DNA of 64,000 bases from Barthelona sp. PCE (Eukaryota): contig JAUFOR010000002.1 of NCBI GenBank assembly GCA_040285745.1, forward strand, positions 496,001 through 560,000, read 5' to 3'. The position numbers and the translations under genes are program-made. Below are positions 8,122 through 18,400 of the stretch, piece after piece (position 1 is the stretch's first letter; the number at the start of each line of letters is the position of its first letter). The notes below the pieces were generated by a model. It made no database searches and was not told where the DNA came from. It worked only from the letters and a program-made list of their open reading frames with translations.

Positions 8122-11100
8122 TTAAATCATGCTCATATTTGAACGGTATATGGACGGCTTGCGGGGCGTGTTACGAGTACTGGGACCTGGTGAAGGTTCA
8201 TGAAAACTTGGCATGCTCAACTTAAGGAAATCAAACTCATTCATTTCTTTTCTTTTCTTCCTCTGGTTTTGCTGCTGCGCAATCATCTCTGTGGGGAGGG
8301 CGAGGGACTGTCTTCTTCTTAACTGTTCTGGTTTGGGTGCAACTGAAAGACCTTGACTGAGTGTGTTTCGATTATAGATGGTCCCAGATGTATCGCTATC
8401 AAAAAATTTCTTATGTATCTTTGGTAAGGATTCTGATTCCTTCCTATATTTCATGACAAGACTATCGGTCTTTTTTCGAAGACGAGCAGCAGACTTAACT
8501 GTTTTTAACATTCGTTTTGCAATAGCACCTGTTATTTGCTTCGGTTTTTTCTCTCTTTGAATAATTTTTTGTTCAAAATCCATTTCTTGCATTTCATTTG
8601 GATACTCTATGGTTTGTCCACTTTCAAAGTCATAAAAAGATCTTTTATCTCTTCTAATATCAGAGCTACTCCTCTCACTTTCAAACATATCTGATAGCGT
8701 CTCATGTTTAATCGTACCATCATTAAGTTCTTGCTCTAATTTCTCATAAATGTGGGGAAACTTTTGTTGTGTTCTCAAAGAAATTAGTCTACGGTTGTTA
8801 GACTCTGCTACTGAACTCTCAACATCAACATCAATAGTATTTTTAGTGTTTTGTCTCAGTAAAACATCAATATCAACATCATCTTCAGTGGGTCTTCTTT
8901 TAATGGTTTTCTCGTATTCAATTTCTTGCTTCATGAATTTTTTAAGACGCTGATTGGCAAGTGCAGCATGTCTTGCAATCTCTAACTGCCGCTTGATCTC
9001 CTCCAACACTCTATCTTTCAAAAATCCTGTCGAAACATGTTCTAGTGCTGCTAATAATGCCTGTTGATCGTATAAATCGAGGGGTTTGTTTAAAATCGGG
9101 TCTCTCCTCAACGAATCATCATGTTTAGAGTCAGAAAAAAGAAGTTCATCAAGATCAAAGTCATGTTGAATTTGTTCCTCTTTATGTGATCTGGTCAGTT
9201 CACGCATGATCTTATCCGACTGCCTCTGTGCGTTACGGTAATGTACAACTAATGGATCAAGTCTTGGCAACATGTGGAAATTACCAAAATTTTCAGCATT
9301 CTTAATATAATTGAGAGTGTTCTTGTGATGTCTATACACCTTCTTATGTGTCTCTTCTAGCTTGTCCTTGATTCTTCTCTCTAACTGGTGGACTTTAAGA
9401 CCAACATGTTCGCTGCCAACAGCTGGAACAGAGTTATTAGCATCACCGGGCAGAATTATGGGGATTGTGTCAAACGCCCTTTCATATTTTTCCTTCCTCT
9501 CCATTGCTTCCTCTCGTTCTTTGAATTTCTCCAACAATCCAACCGAATTTTTACCTTTTATCTTTTTACGCAGTTTCTTTGCTGTTTCCAGTAATACTTT
9601 GCGCTCCTTTCGCCAAATCTCTCTCACCAAAGCCGCACTTTCATGAGACGAACATATTTTTGAGAATTGCTCGAAAGTAAGATTGTCAAATGCTGTTCCC
9701 TCATCCATAATAGCATCGTGGAACTGCGAGGAAACGCTGGATATTTTTGAAGAATTGGATCTACTGGTCTTCATGTCAGAAACTTCATCAATAGTAGAAA
9801 ATTCACTCATATTTTCAGCAAACATCTCATAGGTGTTCAAATCTCGAACAATATTACTTGCTCTTCGTTCTGCCCAATCAACACTCTCTCTTCTCGATGA
9901 CCAGAAGCTTGTCTGTTGTGATGTTGGTGTATCTAGAGATATGGGTCCTACTGGTACATTCTTTGGTGACATTAATGTATGTGAATTAGAAATACTGATA
10001 GTAGAATACTTCCGCTTTGCATCTAATATTCTGGCCTTATCATTTGAAATAGAAGGTTTCCATTTTGCAGAAGCAAGTGCTCTTTGTACTCTAAAATTTT
10101 TCTGTCGATCTTCAGCTCTGTTTAACGATTCTACTTCTTCAAATATACTCTTTGGTTTGGGTTTCTTGAAGAACTTAAGAGATCTTACTGTTTGTAGTGA
10201 TTTATGTTCGTTGAGGATTTCATCATTGAGTGAATTAAAATCAATGTCTTCCTCAACCTCTTCACATCCAATAGCACCAACAATTTCACCATTGCTGCGT
10301 AGAATTCCTGGCAGTTTGCCTTCTCTTATGAATCTACGTAGACGATCAATTGCTGAACGTTGAAAATCTTTAAAGTTTTTTTTTAGTTTTTCCTCTGTAT
10401 ATCCAAAAACTTCTTCCTGAAACCTACTCCTTGTGCCCTTTTTGGATGGTTTGATTGTATGGTTGAGATAATTTTTGATTTGTGTTGAATAGTTAAATGG
10501 AAGATTGAATTCTGTGTGAGGTTTGTTTTCTAACGGATTAAACCGGATTTTGGTCAAACTAGACAGTTTTCCTTCCATGTTATGCAGCTCAAGGCCCTTT
10601 TCGATGTCATTGTAGCTTATTGGTGAATCGTTTAACCATAATAAATTTTTAAAAGGACCAGATTCTCGTTCTCCAAGAGGTTCTAAGTTATAAATGATTT
10701 TAGTTGAAGTCATTGAATGATGGTATTTCGGTAAATCATTTGAAGGCTTAGAATCTAAGACAGAAATATCAAATTTTGAATTATTTTCCCCAAGCATTAC
10801 AAAAAACATATATTGAATACATAAAATACGTTGATTAGCTTCAGGAAATGGATTGTTGTCGAAATTGATAGATATTAGGTTTGGATGCTTGCTTAACTTT
10901 AATATATCATCAAAACGCTCAATAAAATTGTAAGAAACATTTATATGCTGCAAATTTGGCATTTCTTCAAGAATATTATGAAATGGGAGTGTTCTCATTT
11001 CGTTATAGGACAGATCTATTGATAGCAAAGAATCTGCTTTAAAAAACGTAAATAATTCAACTGGAAAAACTTTTAATGACAGGTTATTAATGAAGAGAGC

Positions 11101-11247
11101 TGGAATATGTTGCAAAATATCGACTGGATATGTCTTAAGCAGCTCCTTTAACCAACTTGGTGCATCTAAATCCTCAATTTCATCGAAAAAAGATTGCAAT
11201 GTTTGATCTTGCTTGTTATTTGGTATTATTAAATCATTCATTTGCAT
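8122..11247 (-). CDS. Leucine-rich-repeat plus coiled-coil protein
   Basis: N-terminal LRRs (LLSIDLSYNEM, LQHINVSYNFI, LISINFDNNPF) followed by long charged helical regions. Confidence 0.75.
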   Translation of the reverse strand: MQMNDLIIPNNKQDQTLQSFFDEIEDLDAPSWLKELLKTYPVDILQHIPALFINNLSLKVFPVELFTFFKADSLLSIDLSYNEMRTLPFHNILEEMPNLQHINVSYNFIERFDDILKLSKHPNLISINFDNNPFPEANQRILCIQYMFFVMLGENNSKFDISVLDSKPSNDLPKYHHSMTSTKIIYNLEPLGERESGPFKNLLWLNDSPISYNDIEKGLELHNMEGKLSSLTKIRFNPLENKPHTEFNLPFNYSTQIKNYLNHTIKPSKKGTRSRFQEEVFGYTEEKLKKNFKDFQRSAIDRLRRFIREGKLPGILRSNGEIVGAIGCEEVEEDIDFNSLNDEILNEHKSLQTVRSLKFFKKPKPKSIFEEVESLNRAEDRQKNFRVQRALASAKWKPSISNDKARILDAKRKYSTISISNSHTLMSPKNVPVGPISLDTPTSQQTSFWSSRRESVDWAERRASNIVRDLNTYEMFAENMSEFSTIDEVSDMKTSRSNSSKISSVSSQFHDAIMDEGTAFDNLTFEQFSKICSSHESAALVREIWRKERKVLLETAKKLRKKIKGKNSVGLLEKFKEREEAMERKEKYERAFDTIPIILPGDANNSVPAVGSEHVGLKVHQLERRIKDKLEETHKKVYRHHKNTLNYIKNAENFGNFHMLPRLDPLVVHYRNAQRQSDKIMRELTRSHKEEQIQHDFDLDELLFSDSKHDDSLRRDPILNKPLDLYDQQALLAALEHVSTGFLKDRVLEEIKRQLEIARHAALANQRLKKFMKQEIEYEKTIKRRPTEDDVDIDVLLRQNTKNTIDVDVESSVAESNNRRLISLRTQQKFPHIYEKLEQELNDGTIKHETLSDMFESERSSSDIRRDKRSFYDFESGQTIEYPNEMQEMDFEQKIIQREKKPKQITGAIAKRMLKTVKSAARLRKKTDSLVMKYRKESESLPKIHKKFFDSDTSGTIYNRNTLSQGLSVAPKPEQLRRRQSLALPTEMIAQQQNQRKKRKEMNEFDFLKLSMPSFHEPSPGPSTRNTPRKPSIYRSNMSMI

Positions 11248-11331
11248 TTTCGTAAGGCCCTACATGTGTTTTAAAGAATTAAATTTCAAAGAAAGGGTGA
11301 AAAAAAATATATCATATGCCAAACATTTACT

Positions 11332-12291
11332 CTAATGATGTTTATCAGATGCCAACATGCGAGACTTTGTGAAACTTAATCTTAAAAATCCATAAATAAT
11401 GCTTAACCCAGCTGCTGATGGTATTAATGCAAAATTAAAACCACTTACCTTAATTAAATTAACTGCCATACCAAGTACTACTGCAGAAATGTTGAAAAAC
11501 ACAAATAAATCATGATAATCAATCAAAAACACAATCATAATCATTATTATTAAGAAAATAACACATACACGAATCATAATTCCAAGATTATATTGAAACA
11601 TTCCATTTCCAAACGCTCCAGGAGAATCTGATAAGAAAATTCCGAGGAATCCATCTAAAACGACAACAGCAGAACCAACAATTACATTTGAAAATCTTAA
11701 AATAGATCTTGCCTCTTTATCGTTCTTTGTACCAGCCAAAAACAGGATGATGTATAAAAAAATCAAACCATTTACGACACCTATAAATAGAGTATCAATT
11801 TCTTGAATAAATGAAAATCCACTACCTAATTTGTAAGATAAAAATGCTATTGGTAAGACAAATATTACATCAATTAAAGCAAAACGAATTTTAAGCAAAG
11901 GTGCCAAAATCATTGCGAAAATTGGAGCAATTGAGTAACATAAGAATGGATTTGCACGGATTGGTGATTTTATCGCTTTTTGTAGCAGTGAAATATGTGT
12001 ATAACATAAGAATGAAAAACAAAAGAAGAAAACTCTTTTTGAAGACTTTAACAACTTTAGTTTTTTCCTTGTCTGTCTGAAATTCCCAATGTCTAGTAGT
12101 AGCAAAGGTAATGAAAACAATAGAAATATTGCAGATGCCCTAATACCTTGGAAATAGGATTCGCTTAAATTCTTAATTAATGAATAGCCCATCACCAGCA
12201 TAACTACTGGTGCTATAGCTGCTATAACATGTTTTTCAATTGTCATTATTTGGAAAAGAGTTGAAATACTCAAAACAAAAATTACACACAT
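11332..12291 (-). CDS. Multi-pass membrane protein, possibly EamA/DMT-type transporter (start may be 12246)
   Basis: About 10 hydrophobic helices. SIAPIFAMILAPLLKIR resembles the DMT P-I-F...L motif. Confidence 0.55.
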   Translation of the reverse strand: MCVIFVLSISTLFQIMTIEKHVIAAIAPVVMLVMGYSLIKNLSESYFQGIRASAIFLLFSLPLLLLDIGNFRQTRKKLKLLKSSKRVFFFCFSFLCYTHISLLQKAIKSPIRANPFLCYSIAPIFAMILAPLLKIRFALIDVIFVLPIAFLSYKLGSGFSFIQEIDTLFIGVVNGLIFLYIILFLAGTKNDKEARSILRFSNVIVGSAVVVLDGFLGIFLSDSPGAFGNGMFQYNLGIMIRVCVIFLIIMIMIVFLIDYHDLFVFFNISAVVLGMAVNLIKVSGFNFALIPSAAGLSIIYGFLRLSFTKSRMLASDKHH

Positions 12292-12301
12292 TTACACAAA
12301 A

Positions 12302-13129
12302 TTATAAAGCAAATATTGCACTCCTGCTTATCTTAGGAGTTCCCAGATAACCTAAATCTTTTGTTTTCATTTTCCTAATATGATTATAACCAAAGTTAAC
12401 AGGAACAGGTGGTTTAACAGATATATGTCTAGATTGGTTCATATTAGTATTTGTAGAGCTACCATGCCTTGAATAAGTACTACTATAGCTATTTCTTGCA
12501 GACTGGGGAACACTTAAATTGAATGTATTTGGATCATCCATATCAAAAAAAGTATTTGATTCAACAGTAATTTTCCTTCCATTCATTCTTATAGTATTCT
12601 TATCATTATCTTTCTGTTCTTGATGAAAAAATGCAAAAAATAATCCAATAATAATAAAAAAGAAAACTAAAACAAATATTAATGCAGGAATATAATCTAG
12701 ATATAAATTAACTTGACCGTAAGATATTCTGGCAAATGTGGGAATGCATCTATTGTCAAGCAGTCTTTCATCCCCGTCACAATCATTGCTTATTGATGAA
12801 CGAATAAAATCAACCGTGATGCGAACCGTTTCCAGTGATTCGACATCTATGGTACGATTCCCTGCGATAATGAATCGAGTTGGTATATCAGAAGCACACA
12901 CTGTGCCAAATTTAACCGAACAGTCTTTAGGAAGATGAGATTCTATGTTTAACTCAAAGAAACAGTGTTCACAATGTAATTTAAATACGCATGATGATTT
13001 GCCCGATGGTAATGTTGTAATGTAATGTAATTGTTGTTCTGTAAAGAGAAAATTTGTGTTGTTAGCAAAAACCGTGCAGAAAAGTAACGCAACACACAAT
13101 ATGTTTAGTGTTATGTTGTTAGCCCTCAT
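12302..13129 (-). CDS. Type I membrane protein, Cys-containing ectodomain, unknown function
   Basis: Signal peptide, Cys-rich extracellular part, one TM (ALIFVLVFFFIIIGLFFAFF), Ser/Asn-rich tail. Confidence 0.65.
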   Translation of the reverse strand: MRANNITLNILCVALLFCTVFANNTNFLFTEQQLHYITTLPSGKSSCVFKLHCEHCFFELNIESHLPKDCSVKFGTVCASDIPTRFIIAGNRTIDVESLETVRITVDFIRSSISNDCDGDERLLDNRCIPTFARISYGQVNLYLDYIPALIFVLVFFFIIIGLFFAFFHQEQKDNDKNTIRMNGRKITVESNTFFDMDDPNTFNLSVPQSARNSYSSTYSRHGSSTNTNMNQSRHISVKPPVPVNFGYNHIRKMKTKDLGYLGTPKISRSAIFAL

Positions 13130-13334
13130 GAACAGCCTTGGGGAAAAACAACAAGCCTTGAAAAGGAAAATGAATTGATTTACACATTCTATTTAAAGAA
13201 TCTAAGTCATGTTCAGTGATACATTATTTTCATGAGTACCACTTCGTCCGATGTAGCAAGGTAACCATATTTACTGAATTATATTTGAAAAAAGAGCGCA
13301 GGAAGAAATAAATTTGAAAATTTAAATCAGATGT

Positions 13335-14285
13335 TTATTTTTTCCATGAATCCATAACATGCTCTAAAACTGCCATTAGGCGTCCATCTACAAGAGCAGA
13401 ATGTTTCTCAAACGCTAAGGGATGGAAAAACACCACACCCGTTTCGTTTCTGATGGGTAAAGAAGGATCATATACAATACTATCACCAACAATATCACAT
13501 ACATGTCCTCCGGCAGCCCTAACAATCGCTTCTGGAGCACAAGAATCCCATCTTTTTGATCCTGTTCCACAGTCTACATAAATTCCTCCTGCATTTAAAG
13601 CAAATACTGCTTTTGATCCCATTCCACCTGCTCTAAACACCTGCTTTATATCCATTGTGCTATTTATAATATTTAACATAGATCCGTACATGTCCATCTC
13701 AGATATTGTATTATAAGGCGCCCATTGTGTATATATAACTGTGTTTGGGTTTGGCATAGATGAAGATTGTAGACCAAAGACTTGCTTAGTCTCAACAATA
13801 CCAATAACACTGTGTCCATTTGGTTCGCTAAAGGGAAAATGAACTACTCCTGCTACACATTGTTTAGTACTCTTTAATGTAAACCCAATCAATGTTGTTA
13901 CATTCTTTCGGTAATCTGAGGTGGAATCGTCAACAGTTGCCACAAAATCGCGTGTACCATCAAGTGGATCAATGTATGCAATAATGTCATCAATATCGTA
14001 CAAAGGACAGTCTTTAAAAGGATGTGATGCTGGTGGTTTTGAATAGGCCAGTGCGTACTCATCATGAGGCTCCTCATCTTCTTCACCTACAATACTTAAA
14101 TTTGGAAAATATTTGTTGAATGTACTGACAATCATCCGTTCCACTGTTTTGTCAGCTCTTGTGACAGGACCTGCGATGCCCTTCGAAATCACGTTGATAT
14201 CGTCTTCTGTGCTTATTTGAACAATGATTTGCCCCGCTTCTTTGGCGCACTGTGCTGACAAGTACAGCAAATCTTGAAAATTCAT
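13335..14285 (-). CDS. BPNT1: 3'(2'),5'-bisphosphate nucleotidase (inositol monophosphatase family)
   Basis: PVTRAD, SIVGEE, YIDPLDGTRDF, VTTLIG, KRWDSCAPEAIVRAAGGHVCD. Confidence 0.85.
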   Translation of the reverse strand: MNFQDLLYLSAQCAKEAGQIIVQISTEDDINVISKGIAGPVTRADKTVERMIVSTFNKYFPNLSIVGEEDEEPHDEYALAYSKPPASHPFKDCPLYDIDDIIAYIDPLDGTRDFVATVDDSTSDYRKNVTTLIGFTLKSTKQCVAGVVHFPFSEPNGHSVIGIVETKQVFGLQSSSMPNPNTVIYTQWAPYNTISEMDMYGSMLNIINSTMDIKQVFRAGGMGSKAVFALNAGGIYVDCGTGSKRWDSCAPEAIVRAAGGHVCDIVGDSIVYDPSLPIRNETGVVFFHPLAFEKHSALVDGRLMAVLEHVMDSWKK

Positions 14286-14379
14286 GTTTTAAATAACTTT
14301 AACCCAAAAGGATATGAAAAGAAGGATAATAAAAATGAAAACATGTTTTAACATTTCTTACCTTATCATTTCCTTTGTT

Positions 14380-15423
14380 ATGATCCACGAACAACAGTTG
14401 GGCCGATTTAGGGAGGTCACAGGCGAGAACGATATCAATGTGGCAACGATGTATCTTGAGTATGTCCAATGGAATCTTAACGATGCATTAAATCTTTATT
14501 TGACATCTCCTGACTTTTTTGAGCAGCGAGAAAACCGGGATGACCAGATTAGAGTTGAAGATGTTGAAGAATTGTCGGAAAGTATGGCTGACGATTTATT
14601 ATCATATCTTAATGTTCATGAAGAACCCTTTAAGGAACCTCCCCTACCACCAGACGACTTCACCAGATATTTTTATAAAAAATATCGTTGCTTGCATCCT
14701 CCATTTTTACCACCGATGTATTTGACAGATGCAGTAGCTCATAGTAGAAGAGAACAGAAATTTCTCTTACTGTATATCCACTCAGAGGATAACAGTGGAA
14801 CAGAAAATATGGTTAAACATGTTTTGAGTCATCCAACGTTCATTGATTTCGTGACTACAAATTTTTGTTTTTGGTGTATGAAAGTTAATGACTCACAATC
14901 AGCATTTATTGCCAATGTATATGGATATTTTGCTTATCCGTCTTTGATGATGATCGATCCTAGTGTTTTGAAACCTCTAGAAGTGTTATTTGATGAAGCT
15001 ATTCGTGATGCAACAACTGTAGTAAGTAATCTTGGTGCTGCTCTGCTTAATTATCGCCGATTGCTTAACGGAAGAGATGATATTTATGTAGATAACACAG
15101 AGGGAAAAGAAGAAGGTATTAATGTTAATGTAACTCCTCCTATTTCTTTTGATCACATATCTTCGATTGAGCCAGAGAACAGAGAACCAAGTCCTGGGCA
15201 TTCGATTAGTGTTGTTCTACAAACTAAGACTGGTACCGTTGTTGAAGAAAGTTGTTTAACCACCACAGAATGTCAACGGTTATATGAAAATGCAAAACTT
15301 TTATTGGGTGGTGAAGAACCACAAAAATTGTATATGGTTTTTCCATATATACAATTGCCTAATGATAATACACAATTAAAAGACTTGGGTATTAACCAAA
15401 GAAGTTTAATTATCGTTAAATAG
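14380..15423 (+). CDS. UBA-UAS-UBX protein (FAF1/FAF2-like p97 adaptor)
   Basis: UBA-like FREVTG...YLEYVQWNLNDALNLY, UAS KFLLLYIHS, UBX-like LYMVFPY...LKDLGI. Likely ATG at 14380. Confidence 0.8.
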   Translation: MIHEQQLGRFREVTGENDINVATMYLEYVQWNLNDALNLYLTSPDFFEQRENRDDQIRVEDVEELSESMADDLLSYLNVHEEPFKEPPLPPDDFTRYFYKKYRCLHPPFLPPMYLTDAVAHSRREQKFLLLYIHSEDNSGTENMVKHVLSHPTFIDFVTTNFCFWCMKVNDSQSAFIANVYGYFAYPSLMMIDPSVLKPLEVLFDEAIRDATTVVSNLGAALLNYRRLLNGRDDIYVDNTEGKEEGINVNVTPPISFDHISSIEPENREPSPGHSISVVLQTKTGTVVEESCLTTTECQRLYENAKLLLGGEEPQKLYMVFPYIQLPNDNTQLKDLGINQRSLIIVK

Positions 15424-15424
15424 A

Positions 15425-18400
15425 TTATATATCAACAGCAGTAATTGTGAAAGCTTCATCAAATGATTTTCCAATAATGCGAACACGTACAGATTTTCTC
15501 TTGTGATTTTCAAATCTATTGAAAGCACAAAATACACTCAATTGACAAACTCCATTGGCATCAATAGTTTCTCGTGTAGGAGTAATTGAAATTACATCAC
15601 TCTCACCTACAATGGCTTGAAACGATTGTGGTACATTTGTAGTATTCTCTACACTAATGAGTGAAACGGGGTGGTCAGGTCGCAGAATAATCTCGCGATC
15701 TTTATCAAGTCCATGGATCTTTATGGCACTAGAACTACCATAGTATGCACAAGTGATGGGGATAGTATCTCCAGAATCAGAATGCAAGAATAAAACATCC
15801 CATAGCATGATATTTCCACTTGAAACCTTTGGAATTGACGTTAACTTAATTGGAACATCAATATAGCTTTCAGGAGCAATAACAACATCTGTAGTAGGGA
15901 ATTCATAACGGTTAGAACGTGGAAAGTGTAATTTCCTGGTTTTTGATGTGCGGTTGATAATGCAACAGTGTACAATTCGACATTTGTTTGAAAAGAGAAC
16001 CAAAGGATCTACTTCAAAACCGTTTGTTGTTATCTTATTTAACTCAGGGAAAGGACTAGTCTCTGTAACAAGTGTAGGCTTTAACATCATTTTAACATAT
16101 GCATCACTCTTTTGTTTTCCACTTGTAAACAATACCCTCTTGTTATGTTTACCAATAACATTGGTAACAGGGTAATTGAAGTATGCAAGACATGAGTCCT
16201 TTGCCGAAAGTTCATTGGGACAATCCACCAACATATCTGAAGTGTGACGAATTGCTGCTGTACCGGATCCTATGTTTTCAAGCACAATGGAACCATACAC
16301 TGTTGTGCTCACTGTTGTAGTGTCGTCTCTGAACTGTGGAACAGCCAACTGCAATGGTATAACCTTTGTTCTGACAACTAAGCGACCACGCTTCATTATA
16401 GGTGAACTCTTCACACGAGAGCGTTTAGAACTACGACGAATAGGTGAGAGTACCTTCTTCTTGAATGGATTACCGAATGATCGGGAATAAGGTGAAGTAT
16501 TGGGGGTTGATGCAACCTTAATCTTTTCATGGATACCAGCAGCGCTTACAATATATCTGTTTCTTGGTGATTCAGTGGATGATTTCACAATTACAACAGG
16601 GATACGGGAAAACTCACCACCTGCACGAATTTCAATATTAGTTAAGAGTACAATGAAAGATTTAACAAGACGGATGTGCATATTGCTACCGAATGCATGC
16701 GAAGTCTTACCACTGCTAATGAATTCAGAGAAGGTACTATTCAGAGCAGCGTGCAAGATACGGACACAGAAGCGGGAAGATGAAGATGATCTGAGTGTGA
16801 ATTTTGAGGGTTTAAACTCAAAAACTGTGGGGCAATTCGGAGGACAACGGAATATTATTGGCATTGATCTTCTAAGATTATTATTGATAGAAATACGCTG
16901 TTCCTGTGTTGTGTCACTCCAAATTATTCTACTTACACCTAATGTAAATGATTTTGAAGGGTTTTTGAATTTAGATTCACGCAAAAACTTTCGAACAACA
17001 CGACTATGTACTATATCATCCATAGTATTCTTTACCATTTCAACACGGGGTGTAACAAGTTCTTCCACTCGAAGTTCCTCAAATGAATCCTCCTGTTGGG
17101 AAGAAACAAGATCTCTGATATCAAGTTTAAAGGAAGGGCTTTCTTCAACATTTTCTTCTTCTAATTTCTCCATTTCTTTTTCCTTTTTGCGAATTTCTCG
17201 TTGTTTGCGAAGATTATTGAGACGTTGAACCAATTTAGCTTGACGAGCTGTGTTATCGGCCAACTTGGGCTTAACTTTGTGTTTTGTTAACTCTTCAGAT
17301 ACTTGATCCTCCTCAACAAATTCTTCTTCCTCACTTGATGACTCTGTTGAAAGATCTTGAATCGAGACAACACTCAATGAATCCGTAGATTCAGCAATTG
17401 ATTCAGTCTCACTTTCTGAAAAATCTTCAAATTCAGCATGATCTTCATCATGTTCAGTAAAGGGAACATAATCGAAAACATGCATTTGAGTATGTTCTGT
17501 AACCCACTTACGCACATAAAAAAAGTCAAGTTGACGTAAACTATCACGCATAAAGCGAGGACTGGTACCTTCACCAATAATCACATGTTCGAGTGACTTT
17601 TCAACCTCCGATATAGAACCTTCCTTCTGAGCAATGAACAACAGATCGCCAAGTACAGACTCACATGAAGATACAGAGTTCTGTTCGTTGACTTGTAGTA
17701 GTTCTCCAATAGGAACAACAGAATTTGCCGGAACTGGAATCATTTCCTGATTGACAATGACAGTAGCATCACGGTTTCCAACGTTATGAGCTGACATTTC
17801 ATCAGTAACATAGACAGATCCGTTCAAAAAAACTTCTTCACCTGATCCGTCAATGAATTGTACATGTGAAACACCACCAATTCCAAGAACAGGAAGCATC
17901 AATGTACGATATCCCTCACAAGTTACAGACAGCATAGAACGATATCTAGCAACTTGTGCTGGGCAGAAAGTGATTGTAATCTTGTGCGCCTGACCTGGAT
18001 CAAAATTTAAAACAGTGGGGTCAACAGTAAAATCATCAAAACATGAGAAATGAACGTTTGTAATTGGAGTATCCAATTTGTTCTTAAATTTGAATGTGAT
18101 TGCTTTATCTTTCCCAAGCGCAACAACTCCACAATCAACAATACGCACTGAACATACAAGCGGTAACTTGTGAAGCTTCTTCTTGGGAATAACAACTTGA
18201 TGACTACGATCTCCATACTTGATGATTTGTGTGGTATCTTTGTCACTCTGTTCTACCGGGTACTTGATCTCATCATCAAGCAAAATTTCATCATTATCAA
18301 TAGTAATGGATAAAGGAATTGGACAATTATTAGTGACTACAATAGCATCATCTACATACTTTGCAGAAATAGAAGGCATACCAATCTCAATCTCAATCGG

